The position numbers were made by a program, and so were the translations under genes. Below the pieces are notes generated by a model, which was not told the origin of the DNA, ran no database searches, and saw only the letters and a list, made by a program, of their open reading frames with translations. From an uncultured Clostridia bacterium (GTDB taxonomy: Bacteria; Bacillota; Clostridia; TANB77; CAG-465), in assembly GCA_947627255.1 (NCBI GenBank), contig CANQVI010000003.1, positions 1 through 63,266 on the forward strand: 63,266 nt of DNA. Direction: 5' to 3'. Positions 7,803 through 16,604 of the stretch are shown here, one piece after another. Every line of letters starts with the position of its first letter. Position 1 is the first letter of the stretch.

Positions 7803-8897
7803 TTGAAAATTGGAATAGTTGGATTACCTAATGTTGGTAAATCTACTCTTTTTAACGCAATTACAAAAGCTGGAGCTGAAAGTGCAAATTACCCTTTTTG
7901 TACTATAGAACCTAATATTGGTATGGTATGCGTTCCAGATAAAAGAATTGATGTATTATCTAAAATGTATGATACAGATAAATCTACATATGCTACAATA
8001 GAATTTGTAGACATAGCAGGACTTGTAAAAGGAGCCTCTCAAGGTGAAGGTTTAGGAAATAAATTTCTATCTCATATTCGTGAAACAGATGCTATTGCAC
8101 ATGTAGTAAGATGTTTTGAAGATGACCAAATAGTTCATGTTGATGGAAAAATTGATCCTATAAGTGATATAGAAACTATCTCTTTAGAGCTAGTATATGC
8201 TGATACAGAAACAATTATAAAAAGAATTGATAGAGTTACAAAACTTACAAAGTCTGGTGATAAAAAAGCTATTGAAGAACTTGAATTACTAAAAAGAATT
8301 AAAGCTCATCTAGATGATGGCGAGCCAGTAAGAACAATGGATTTAACTTTAGAAGAAAAAGAAATGATTAAAGATGCATTTTTCTTAACAGATAAAAAAG
8401 TAATATACGTTGCTAATGTATCAGAAAAACAAATACCTAATAAAAATAATGACCCTTATGTATTAAAAGTAAAAGAATATGCTAAAAAAGAAGGTGCTGA
8501 AGTTATATCACTTTGTGCAAAACTTGAAGAAGATTTATCTGAACTTGAAGATGAAGATAGAGAAATGTTAATGAGCGATTATGGTATTGAAGAATCTGGC
8601 CTTGACCAATTAATTAAGGCTAGTTATTCACTACTTGGTCTTATCTCTTATCTTACTGCTGGTAAACAAGAATGTAGAGCTTGGACAATAACAAAAGGTA
8701 CAAAAGCTCCTCAAGCAGCAGGAAAAATTCACTCAGATTTTGAACGTGGATTCATAAAAGCAGAAGTTGTATCTTATGATGACTTAATAAAATATGGTAG
8801 TATGAATGCTACTAAAGAAAAAGGTTTAGTTCGTCTTGAAGGTAAAGATTATGTTGTTCAAGATGGCGATATAATACTATTTAGATTTAATGTATAG
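7803..8897 (+). CDS. ychF: Redox-regulated ATPase YchF
   Basis: MKIGIVGLPNVGKSTLFNAIT with a C-terminal TGS-like domain. The ORF track starts at GTG 7794, but TTG 7803 has better spacing to AAGGA and gives the canonical N-terminus. Confidence 0.95.
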   Translation: MKIGIVGLPNVGKSTLFNAITKAGAESANYPFCTIEPNIGMVCVPDKRIDVLSKMYDTDKSTYATIEFVDIAGLVKGASQGEGLGNKFLSHIRETDAIAHVVRCFEDDQIVHVDGKIDPISDIETISLELVYADTETIIKRIDRVTKLTKSGDKKAIEELELLKRIKAHLDDGEPVRTMDLTLEEKEMIKDAFFLTDKKVIYVANVSEKQIPNKNNDPYVLKVKEYAKKEGAEVISLCAKLEEDLSELEDEDREMLMSDYGIEESGLDQLIKASYSLLGLISYLTAGKQECRAWTITKGTKAPQAAGKIHSDFERGFIKAEVVSYDDLIKYGSMNATKEKGLVRLEGKDYVVQDGDIILFRFNV

Positions 8898-8927
8898 AGC
8901 ATAGATTAATTATGCTCTATCTTTTTA
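8895..8927 (+). terminator. Intrinsic terminator of ychF
   Basis: TAGAGCATA / 7-nt loop / TATGCTCTA followed by TCTTTTT. Confidence 0.65.
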
Positions 8928-9012
8928 GTATCAAGTCTTTACATAAGTTTTAAAAAGCCTTTTACCAAAAGAAATTTGTTTGGTTTTTTATCGATTTTTT
9001 TGGCAAAAATGC

Positions 9013-9041
9013 TTGACTTTTATATGTAAGTAGATTATAAT
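9013..9041 (+). promoter_or_regulatory. Consensus sigma-A promoter of the two-tRNA operon
   Basis: TTGACT (9013-9018), 17-nt spacer, TATAAT (9036-9041). Confidence 0.7.
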
Positions 9042-9062
9042 AATAACTGTCCACAGTGATGT

Positions 9063-9139
9063 GGGCCTTTAGCTCAGTTGGTCAGAGCACTCGGCTCATA
9101 ACCGAATGGTCCGGGGTTCGAATCCCTGAAGGCCCACCA
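9063..9139 (+). tRNA. tRNA with CAU anticodon (Met, or lysidine-modified Ile2)
   Basis: GGGCCTT acceptor, anticodon loop CTCATAA, T-loop TTCGAAT, encoded CCA, 77 nt. The GGGCC acceptor plus CTCATAA loop resembles tRNA-Ile2. The identity cannot be settled by eye. Confidence 0.88.
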
Positions 9140-9153
9140 TTTATATTGTTTTT

Positions 9154-9239
9154 GGGTAGGTGCCCGAGTGGCTAAAGGGGGCAGACTGTAAATCTGTTGG
9201 CTTTCGCCTACGATGGTTCGAATCCATCCCTGCCCACCA
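9154..9239 (+). tRNA. tRNA-Tyr (anticodon GUA), class II
   Basis: GGGTAGG acceptor, anticodon loop ACTGTAAATC, long variable arm, T-loop TTCGAAT, encoded CCA, 86 nt. Confidence 0.92.
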
Positions 9240-9250
9240 ATATAAATTTA

Positions 9251-9282
9251 AAAGACATTAGATTTTTCTAATGTCTTTTTTT
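9251..9282. terminator. Bidirectional terminator (tRNA operon / SDR gene)
   Basis: AAAGACATTAG / ATTTTT loop / CTAATGTCTTT followed by a T-run. Confidence 0.7.
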
Positions 9283-10195
9283 ATGCCATTACTTGCCCTC
9301 CATTATTATGTATTACTTGACCTGTTAAATAGCTTGAATCATCTGAAGCTAAAAATACAAATGTTGGTGCAAGTTCATAAGGCATAGCACCTCTTGCCAT
9401 AGCCGAATCAGCACCTAAAGATGGTATTTTTTCTTTTACCCAACAAGCTGGCTGTAAAGGTGTCCAAAAAAATCCAGGAGCTATTGCATTAACTCTTATA
9501 TTTTTTAAGGCAAGATTTCTTGCAAGAGCTCTAGTAAATCCTACTATTGCACCTTTAGTAGTTACATAGTCGATTAATTGTGGATCACCATAAAATGTTG
9601 TAACTGATGTTAAATTTATTATAGAATCGCCTGAATTTAAATGTGGTAATACCTCTTTAGTTAAATAAAACATACCATAAATATTTACTTTCATAGTTCT
9701 ATCAAACTGTGAGTCACTTATTTGTTCTAATGAATCTGATTGATATTGTACTCCTGCATTATTAACTAGAATATTTATTTTACCAAATTTTTCTATTGTT
9801 GTATCAACTATTTTTTTACAAAACTCTTTTTCTGTTATATCTCCAGATAATAATACACATTTACCACCAATTTTTTCAATGTAATTTTTAGTTTCATTTG
9901 CATCAACATGTTCATCTAAATATGGTATAACAATACATGCACCTTCTTTTGCAAAAGCAATGGCTGCTGCCCTTCCAAGTCCACTATCTCCACCTGTTAT
10001 AATTGCAACTTTATCTTTTAATTTACCACTACCAATATACTTAGGGTTATCAAAAATCGGTAATGGACTCATAAGATATTCAAGTCCAGGTTGTTTCTTT
10101 TGCTCTGGTGCTAATATATCATATTTAGTATTTTGAATACCAACTTTTCCACAATAATTATATGATTTATTTCCAAATTTATAGTCATATTCCAT
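9281..10195 (-). CDS. SDR family oxidoreductase (YdaD/YhdF-like general stress type)
   Basis: KVAIITGGDSGLGRAAA cofactor motif and YVTTKGAIVGFTR (YxxxK) catalytic motif. Confidence 0.9.
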   Translation of the reverse strand: MEYDYKFGNKSYNYCGKVGIQNTKYDILAPEQKKQPGLEYLMSPLPIFDNPKYIGSGKLKDKVAIITGGDSGLGRAAAIAFAKEGACIVIPYLDEHVDANETKNYIEKIGGKCVLLSGDITEKEFCKKIVDTTIEKFGKINILVNNAGVQYQSDSLEQISDSQFDRTMKVNIYGMFYLTKEVLPHLNSGDSIINLTSVTTFYGDPQLIDYVTTKGAIVGFTRALARNLALKNIRVNAIAPGFFWTPLQPACWVKEKIPSLGADSAMARGAMPYELAPTFVFLASDDSSYLTGQVIHNNGGQVMA

Positions 10196-10243
10196 ATATA
10201 TTACCTCCTAAGATAATATATGAAATATATAACATATTGTTAA

Positions 10244-10426
10244 TTATTTTTTCTTTATATTAGTTATATCTTGTAGCTCCTCCACTTTTATTTTCTGTTC
10301 TTCTAAAGAAGTTAAATTAGATAAAGGATATATAAAATCATATTTTTCCAAATTTGGATTTTCAGCCATTTTTCTTTCTATATCTAATTGGTATTCTATA
10401 TTTCTTTTCTTTTTGTTTTTTGGCAT
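10244..10426 (-). CDS. Small hypothetical protein (60 aa)
   Basis: Good RBS (GAGGTGA) upstream of the ATG. No family recognised. Confidence 0.5.
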   Translation of the reverse strand: MPKNKKKRNIEYQLDIERKMAENPNLEKYDFIYPLSNLTSLEEQKIKVEELQDITNIKKK

Positions 10427-10471
10427 ATTTTCACCTCATATATATTATAAATAAAATACCAATGCAATATA

Positions 10472-10501
10472 CGAAAAAAGATGCATAATAAAATGCATCT
10501 T
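10472..10501 (-). terminator. Intrinsic terminator of the ECF operon
   Basis: AAGATGCAT / 6-nt loop / ATGCATCTT followed by a U-run on the minus strand. It overlaps the stop codon. Confidence 0.6.
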
Positions 10502-11262
10502 TATTTTTCCCAATCAGATAAATCTACTTCTTCATATTCTCCATTATTATTTTTTACCATATTTAGATTAGTATCATATTCTTTAAAATCATATTCTGAA
10601 TTTATATAAACATATAATTCATTATTTTCCTCATATAAAGTGGCTATATATGTATTATTTACAACAACTTTATCGATATTAGAATAATTTACCATTACAT
10701 AGTCATCGTCAGATAAATTTGAAATCAAGCTTTCATCATAATATAAATTAGAATTTTTTAAGTCTGAGACATTCATAACTCCACCAAGTACCCAAAATTC
10801 TATCTCTTTTTTATCTGTACCTACCAAAGTATTTTCTACTTTAGCTTTTACTTTAGTAATAGGATAAGTAACTTTTGTATTAGACTCTGTTGAATAATCT
10901 AATATTTCTTCAACTTTTAAGCTATAAACACTTTCATCTTCTATATCATTTTTACTTTCAAAATAATTTGTAGCATCAATCTCAACAGCATATCCTGGTA
11001 AATTACTAGTATAAGTATTTTCTTCCTCTTTATCTATTGATTCTTTTCTAATAAGGTTATTGGTAGTGTTATATAACCAGAAAGTTATACCAATAGTTAC
11101 AAACAAAAGTAAAATAATAATACTTGCCACATATTTATATACCTTTCTTTTCTTTTTAATTTTGTCACCCTTTTCAAATATTTCATCAAAATTAAATATA
11201 TCATCTGGTACTTCTACTTCATCATATTTCTTTTTAAAAACTTCTTCTATCTTACCTTTCAT
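10501..11262 (-). CDS. Single-pass membrane protein, putative anti-sigma factor
   Basis: Lies immediately downstream of the ECF sigma gene (4-nt gap). Short cytoplasmic N-terminus, one TM helix (YVASIIILLLFVTIGITFWLY), and an extracytoplasmic domain of about 190 aa. No ZAS motif seen. Confidence 0.5.
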   Translation of the reverse strand: MKGKIEEVFKKKYDEVEVPDDIFNFDEIFEKGDKIKKKRKVYKYVASIIILLLFVTIGITFWLYNTTNNLIRKESIDKEEENTYTSNLPGYAVEIDATNYFESKNDIEDESVYSLKVEEILDYSTESNTKVTYPITKVKAKVENTLVGTDKKEIEFWVLGGVMNVSDLKNSNLYYDESLISNLSDDDYVMVNYSNIDKVVVNNTYIATLYEENNELYVYINSEYDFKEYDTNLNMVKNNNGEYEEVDLSDWEK

Positions 11263-11266
11263 ATAA

Positions 11267-11785
11267 TTACACCCCTCTCGAAAAATAGTCTCTAATATTA
11301 TTTTTCGCTCTCATAATTTTAGTTCTTACAGTATTATCGTTCATATTAATTATACTAGATATTTCTTTAGATGTATATCCCTTTAAGTACAGAAATATTA
11401 TATCTTTTTCTAAAGGCTCTAAAATACCTAGCATTTCGAACAAAGTTACATCGTCATCTATATAGATTACTTCATCTTTATTCATATAATTATTTATCTC
11501 TTTTGTACTAAATACTTTAACTCTCTTGTTATATCTTAATATATCATTACATTTATTCATAAGTATTTTAGTTATCCATATTTTTATCTTGTTATTTTCT
11601 CTTAATTTTTTTATACTTTTAAAAGCTTCAAATACGGTTTCTTGAACTGCATCTTTAGCATCTTCTTCATGATTTAATTTTAACATTGCAAGAACATATA
11701 ATTCTTTTCTCAAATCTTCATTAAAAATTAATTCAAAAGCTTCTCTATCTCCGTTTTTAGCTTTTTGTATTATATCCTCATCCAT
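11267..11785 (-). CDS. ECF-type RNA polymerase sigma-70 family factor
   Basis: Region 2 (DAKDAVQETVFEAFKS) and region 4 helix-turn-helix (YTSKEISSIINMNDNTVRTKIMRAK). The ATG at 11785 (MDEDII) has RBS GAGG. The ORF track extends to 11848. Confidence 0.85.
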   Translation of the reverse strand: MDEDIIQKAKNGDREAFELIFNEDLRKELYVLAMLKLNHEEDAKDAVQETVFEAFKSIKKLRENNKIKIWITKILMNKCNDILRYNKRVKVFSTKEINNYMNKDEVIYIDDDVTLFEMLGILEPLEKDIIFLYLKGYTSKEISSIINMNDNTVRTKIMRAKNNIRDYFSRGV

Positions 11786-11849
11786 AGGCAACCTCTTTTC
11801 TATGTTGCCAATTATATCATAAAATTTAACATTTTTTGGTACACACATC

Positions 11850-12443
11850 CTAATTATACAAATAATTTATTGCATCATGGTCACATTGTTGAACAGTTGT
11901 TACTCTCGTATATTTATATGATGGAAACATAATGCTATACTGATTATCTGTGTGAACTAAGCCAAAGGCATGTCCCATTTCATGTTTTGCAGTGCTATCT
12001 TCATATGAATTAGATTTTTCAAGATTAAAAACTATTTCTGTATAAAAATAATCATAATTTGGAACTGCTCCTCTATTTGGAACTTCAGTACCATCAGTAT
12101 TCCAATAAGTAGTATATCCTAATATCCTAGAATTCAAATAACTGTCTGTTGCACTAGTTCTAGCATAAAAATCCATATGTGTTGCATAATTACTAGCAAC
12201 TGCTGTCATATATATAGGATTCCAACCATAACCCGTATTTTCCCAGTTATATGCTGCTGAATTAACTGCACTTGTATAACCTGATGCTGTACCATCTATA
12301 TAGTAGCAACAATTTCCTACACCTCTTGAAAACTTAGCATTGTTTGGGAATGTTGGAGTCATAGCTGCAAATACATTTTTTTCGAATAATAATGCAAATA
12401 CAAAAGCTATGACTATAAAATTAAATTTTTTTAAATACTTCAT
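11850..12443 (-). CDS. Secreted metzincin-type zinc metalloprotease
   Basis: Signal peptide (FALLFEKNVFA-A), HEMGHAFGLVH (HExxHxxGxxH) and a downstream SIMFP Met-turn. RBS is AGGAGGAG. Confidence 0.7.
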   Translation of the reverse strand: MKYLKKFNFIVIAFVFALLFEKNVFAAMTPTFPNNAKFSRGVGNCCYYIDGTASGYTSAVNSAAYNWENTGYGWNPIYMTAVASNYATHMDFYARTSATDSYLNSRILGYTTYWNTDGTEVPNRGAVPNYDYFYTEIVFNLEKSNSYEDSTAKHEMGHAFGLVHTDNQYSIMFPSYKYTRVTTVQQCDHDAINYLYN

Positions 12444-12498
12444 ATTTCTCTCCTCCTTATATAATTCAAAGTAGTTTTTTAAAACTACCTTTATTATA

Positions 12499-12527
12499 TA
12501 GACGGAATAGAAAGCAATTTCATTTCA
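12499..12527 (-). promoter_or_regulatory. ECF-type promoter upstream of the metalloprotease-sigma-antisigma operon
   Basis: Minus strand TGAAAT (12522-12527), 17-nt spacer, CGTCTA (12499-12504) followed by TATAAT. It shares the core CCGTCTATAT with the site at 12838. Confidence 0.6.
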
Positions 12528-12568
12528 TTTTTTTGAAAATTTTTTAATTTTTTTTGATTTTTTTAATT

Positions 12569-12805
12569 TTAGTAATAAAAATGACATATTTCTTCATAAT
12601 TATAACTACTTTGCATTTTACTTTCTTCCTTTTCTCTTTTTACTTTTTCTCTGTACTCTATAAATAAATCCTTTGTTTCTTGTAACATAGAATTTAATAT
12701 ACTTCCATTATTTGAACCGTCTGTTATATTAGAAGTCAAAATAAGTATTTGAAGTGAGATTAAGAAAATTAAAACAGCTCTTTCATATTTAGTTAATTTT
12801 TTCAT
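12569..12805 (-). CDS. Small membrane-anchored protein (78 aa)
   Basis: One N-terminal TM helix, AGGAGG RBS, and an ECF-type promoter 32 nt upstream. Confidence 0.55.
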   Translation of the reverse strand: MKKLTKYERAVLIFLISLQILILTSNITDGSNNGSILNSMLQETKDLFIEYREKVKREKEESKMQSSYNYEEICHFYY

Positions 12806-12837
12806 CTTTTCCTCCTTGCATTTACTCTCTATTAATA

Positions 12838-12866
12838 TAGACGGACGGCAATGTGTGTTTGTTTCA
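12838..12866 (-). promoter_or_regulatory. Second ECF-type promoter
   Basis: Minus strand TGAAAC (12861-12866), 17-nt spacer, CGTCTA (12838-12843) followed by TATTAAT. Confidence 0.6.
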
Positions 12867-12881
12867 CTTTTTACAAAAAAG

Positions 12882-12910
12882 ACAAAAAAATACGAGATTT
12901 TTAATCTCGC
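12882..12910 (-). terminator. Intrinsic terminator of the nusB-xseAB operon
   Basis: GCGAGAT / loop / ATCTCGT hairpin (12892-12910) followed by a long U-run on the minus strand. Confidence 0.65.
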
Positions 12911-12918
12911 ATATTGTT

Positions 12919-13152
12919 TTATTCTTCTTCAGCTACAAAGTTTTCTTCATTTAATTCTCCATTTTCACCTTGTACTAGAATATTTATTTTCTTTTCAGCT
13001 TCATCTAACTTTTTACTACATTCTTTAGATAATTTCATACCTTTTTCAAATTCTTTAATTGCTTCATCTAATCCTAAATTTCCTGATTCTAGATTAGATG
13101 CAATTTTTTCAAGTTCATCTAAGCTTTCTTCAAAAGTTTTACTTTCACTCAT
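12919..13152 (-). CDS. xseB: Exodeoxyribonuclease VII small subunit
   Basis: FEESLDELEKI...LE.G.L.LDE....FE.G..L signature, 77 aa, directly downstream of xseA. Confidence 0.9.
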   Translation of the reverse strand: MSESKTFEESLDELEKIASNLESGNLGLDEAIKEFEKGMKLSKECSKKLDEAEKKINILVQGENGELNEENFVAEEE

Positions 13153-13166
13153 TTCTATTTCACTCC

Positions 13167-14360
13167 TTACTCTACAATCGCATTAATTTTTCCATCAGTA
13201 AGTCTTATACTAATCTTATCGTTAGGTTTTACGTCCCCTACTTTTTTTATTACTTCTCCACTAGAATTTTCTGTAACACTATACCCTCTTGTTAGAGTTT
13301 TTAGTGGACTTAATGCATCAATTTTACTTATACTTTTAATACATCTTGTTCTATATTTTTCTACTTTATACTTTAATGTACTTTCAGATTTTGTTATTAA
13401 ATTATCTATAGCAATTCTATATCTATTTATTTTATCTAAAGGTACCTTTTCTAGTTTAGCTGCTTTTAGTTTTTCAACATACTGTCTTTTTCTTTCAATA
13501 TAATTTTTTATAGCAATTATAGTTCTTTTTTTATCTGTTATTATTCTATTTACTATTTCACTATACTCTGGATATACAAGTTCTGCAGCTGCAGATGGTG
13601 TAGGTGCTCTAAGGTCAGAAACAAAATCACAAATAGTAAAATCTGTTTCATGTCCAACAGCAGATACTACAGGAATATTAGAAGCATATATTTGTCTTGC
13701 TAATTCTTCATCATTAAAGCCAAATAAATCTTCAAAAGATCCTCCACCTCTTGCAATTATAATAACATCTACATTGTTGAGTCTATTAAAAGTCTTTAGT
13801 CCCTCAATAACAGTTGAAGCTACATTTACTCCTTGAACAGCAGCTGGATATACTAAAAGATTTACATTTGGATATCTTCTTGTAGAAACATTTATTATAT
13901 CTCTAATTACTGCACCTGTTTTTGATGTAATAACACCAACTCTATTTGGTAAAAATGGAATATTCTTCTTTTTAGATACATCAAACAAGCCTTCTTTTTC
14001 TAGTTTTTCCTTTAATTGTTCATATGCTAGATATAAATCTCCTAATCCCTCTGGACTCATTGACTTACAATATATTTGATATACTCCATCTCTTTCATAA
14101 CTACTAACTTGTCCATTAATAACTACTTTCATTCCATCAGCTGGCTTAAATTTTATATATTGAGCATAGCCTTTGAACATAACGCATTTTATAGTAGAAT
14201 TTTCATCTTTTAAAGTAAAATAAAAATGACCTGTATAATGAGCTTTAAAATTAGTTATTTCTCCTCTTATACTTACACTATTTAATAGTGTATCTGAATC
14301 AAAAAGCATTTTTATATACTTATTTATATCAGATACACTAAATATTTTCTTTTCTTCCAT
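13167..14360 (-). CDS. xseA: Exodeoxyribonuclease VII large subunit
   Basis: N-terminal OB-fold (VSIRGEITNFKAHYTGHFYFTLKD), catalytic core (IIIARGGGSFEDL) and a coiled-coil tail. Confidence 0.95.
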   Translation of the reverse strand: MEEKKIFSVSDINKYIKMLFDSDTLLNSVSIRGEITNFKAHYTGHFYFTLKDENSTIKCVMFKGYAQYIKFKPADGMKVVINGQVSSYERDGVYQIYCKSMSPEGLGDLYLAYEQLKEKLEKEGLFDVSKKKNIPFLPNRVGVITSKTGAVIRDIINVSTRRYPNVNLLVYPAAVQGVNVASTVIEGLKTFNRLNNVDVIIIARGGGSFEDLFGFNDEELARQIYASNIPVVSAVGHETDFTICDFVSDLRAPTPSAAAELVYPEYSEIVNRIITDKKRTIIAIKNYIERKRQYVEKLKAAKLEKVPLDKINRYRIAIDNLITKSESTLKYKVEKYRTRCIKSISKIDALSPLKTLTRGYSVTENSSGEVIKKVGDVKPNDKISIRLTDGKINAIVE

Positions 14361-14361
14361 T

Positions 14362-14769
14362 CTATTCTTCCTTACATTCTATAACATTAGCAATTACTCC
14401 ATTTATAAATGATTTTGAATCGTTATTACCATAAGTTTTTGCAAGCTCTACTGCTTCATTAGCACTTACTTTTTCAGGAATATCTTCAACATATTTTATC
14501 TCATAAATAGCAAGTCTTAATATAGCTAAATCTATTTTAGCAATTCTATCTAAAGACCAGTTTTTTAGCTTTGATAAAATAATATTGTCTATTTCTGCTA
14601 GATTTTCTTTTACTCCTTTTACAACATTTGATATGTATTCTTTTTCTTCAGGTTTATTGTCATTTTCTTCATAGCAGTTGTTTAGGATTTTCTCTATGTT
14701 TTCGTCTCTACCAAACTCTAGTTCATAAATGCACTTAAAGGCATTATCCCTTGCTTTTTTTCTACTCAT
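14362..14769 (-). CDS. nusB: Transcription antitermination factor NusB
   Basis: SRKKARDNAFKCIYE..., LDRIAKIDLAILRLAIYE. The ATG at 14769 has a GGGAG RBS. The ORF track starts at 14781. Confidence 0.92.
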   Translation of the reverse strand: MSRKKARDNAFKCIYELEFGRDENIEKILNNCYEENDNKPEEKEYISNVVKGVKENLAEIDNIILSKLKNWSLDRIAKIDLAILRLAIYEIKYVEDIPEKVSANEAVELAKTYGNNDSKSFINGVIANVIECKEE

Positions 14770-14795
14770 TTTAACTCCCATCCCAAATTCTAATT

Positions 14796-15047
14796 TTATT
14801 TTTTACTATCATTCTCTTTGTAATAATATACTTCTTGTTTGAATCCTTTTCCACGGAAAAAGTCTATTATTTTTGATTCATTATCTTGAATTTTTTTACC
14901 TAAAAATACAGCACCAGCAATCAAAGCAAATAATATAACAGCTTTTGTCAAGAATTCAACTATACCAAAAGCATATAAAATTACAACTATAGTAACGCAA
15001 ATTATAACATATTTATTTCTTATTACATAATCAAAAAAATCTCTCAT
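14796..15047 (-). CDS. DUF2273-type small integral membrane protein
   Basis: Two TM helices, 83 aa, in the conserved position after asp23-amaP. Confidence 0.65.
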   Translation of the reverse strand: MRDFFDYVIRNKYVIICVTIVVILYAFGIVEFLTKAVILFALIAGAVFLGKKIQDNESKIIDFFRGKGFKQEVYYYKENDSKK

Positions 15048-15075
15048 AATATCACATCCTTATTTATAACTTTTA

Positions 15076-15612
15076 TTATTTCTTTTGTGGTTCTATATAT
15101 ACGCCCTTAATTCTAACATTAGCCTCTTTAATCTCTATTGTAGTTTGTTTTTTAACTGTATTTTTAATATTTTCTTGTAATTTTTCAGTTAGTGTTGGAA
15201 CAACTGTATCAGGTAATATTTGAGCATAAACATTTGCTTTAACCCCTTCTTCAGATATATTAACTTCTACTTTAGGTGCTACAAGTTCTGGATAAGTTCT
15301 AGCAATAGACATTATCATAGACTCAAAAGTATCTCTATTTAAAAATACTGTACCTGAATCATTTTTTATAGCTAGTCCACTTCTTGAATCATCTGAAGAA
15401 TCAGATGAAGAAAATAGTCCTATTAAACCAAATATAGAAACAATAGCTCCAACTACTAAAACTACTATTTTATTTGAAACTAAAAAATCAACAGCAATAG
15501 AATATAAATCTGCAACATGAATCATACCTGTTGATACAAGTATTAAAAATACAGATATTATTATCATTACTAATGAAAATACACATAATATAAATTTTTC
15601 TAACCTTTTCAT
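15076..15612 (-). CDS. amaP: Alkaline shock response membrane anchor protein AmaP-like
   Basis: Two N-terminal TM helices plus an Asp23-like C-terminal half, immediately downstream of the Asp23 gene. Confidence 0.7.
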   Translation of the reverse strand: MKRLEKFILCVFSLVMIIISVFLILVSTGMIHVADLYSIAVDFLVSNKIVVLVVGAIVSIFGLIGLFSSSDSSDDSRSGLAIKNDSGTVFLNRDTFESMIMSIARTYPELVAPKVEVNISEEGVKANVYAQILPDTVVPTLTEKLQENIKNTVKKQTTIEIKEANVRIKGVYIEPQKK

Positions 15613-15681
15613 AATACTTCCTCCTTATATATATGAATCATAGCCCAAACGCAAAATTATGTTCGGGCTACGAAGCTAAAC

Positions 15682-16137
15682 CTATTCTTCTGTTTTTGCT
15701 GACTCCTCAGGTTCTTTTTTATCCTCAACTTTATCAAATATAATTCCTTGAACGTTTATATTTACAGCTACTACTTCTAGTCCAGTCATAGTTTCAACTG
15801 CATTTTTAACAGCAGTTTGTGCTGCCCAAGCAACATCTGGAATTCTTACTCCATATTTTACATTTACGAAAATATCTACTGTTACTTTCTTTCCGTCTAA
15901 TTCAATTTTTACACCTTTAGAATATTTTTTGTTGCTTCCTAAAATTTGATTAATTCCGTCAACAAATCCAAGTGTCATTCCAGCAATTCCTTCTACTTCA
16001 GATGCTGCAAGACCAGCTATAATTCCTATAACGTCCTCTGAAATATTTAAATTAGTTGCAATTTCTACTTTTTCATCTGTTTGAGCAGTTTCTACTACTT
16101 CTTCTGTATTTTTTTCTTTTTTATCACTCATTATCAT
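15682..16137 (-). CDS. Asp23/Gls24 family envelope stress protein
   Basis: ISEDVIGIIAGLAASEVEGIAGM and VNVKYGVRIPDVAWAAQTAVKNAVE are typical Asp23 blocks. Confidence 0.9.
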   Translation of the reverse strand: MIMSDKKEKNTEEVVETAQTDEKVEIATNLNISEDVIGIIAGLAASEVEGIAGMTLGFVDGINQILGSNKKYSKGVKIELDGKKVTVDIFVNVKYGVRIPDVAWAAQTAVKNAVETMTGLEVVAVNINVQGIIFDKVEDKKEPEESAKTEE

Positions 16138-16235
16138 ATTCCTCCTTTGTAGACTAATCTACTTAACTGATTATATTATACCCTATTTTATTTTAAAAGT
16201 CACGCATTTAACAAAAAAATCAATTTTTACACAAA

Positions 16236-16589
16236 TTACTCATGAACAATTTTTGTTCCAAGTTTTTTACCACCTAACATATGATAATGTAGATGCTTAA
16301 CTTCTTGACCAGCATCTTCGCCACAATTACATATTACTCTGTAGCCAGTCTTATCTACTCCAACAATTTTAGCAACTTCTTTAAATGCTAATTGAACTTG
16401 TTCTACATACTTTGAATTACTTTCATCAACATGTTCTAAATCTTGTATATGAATTTTAGGTATAACTAAAACATGTACAGGTGTTACTGGATGTAAATCA
16501 TAAAATGCACATACATAATCATTTTCATATACAATGTTACTTGGTATTTCTTTACCAGCTATTTTACAAAAAATACAATTTTCGTCCAT
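16236..16589 (-). CDS. HIT family (histidine triad) protein
   Basis: CIFCKI start, HVLVIPK, and the HLHYHMLGG histidine triad. Confidence 0.9.
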   Translation of the reverse strand: MDENCIFCKIAGKEIPSNIVYENDYVCAFYDLHPVTPVHVLVIPKIHIQDLEHVDESNSKYVEQVQLAFKEVAKIVGVDKTGYRVICNCGEDAGQEVKHLHYHMLGGKKLGTKIVHE

Positions 16590-16604
16590 ATATTATTCCT
16601 CCTA

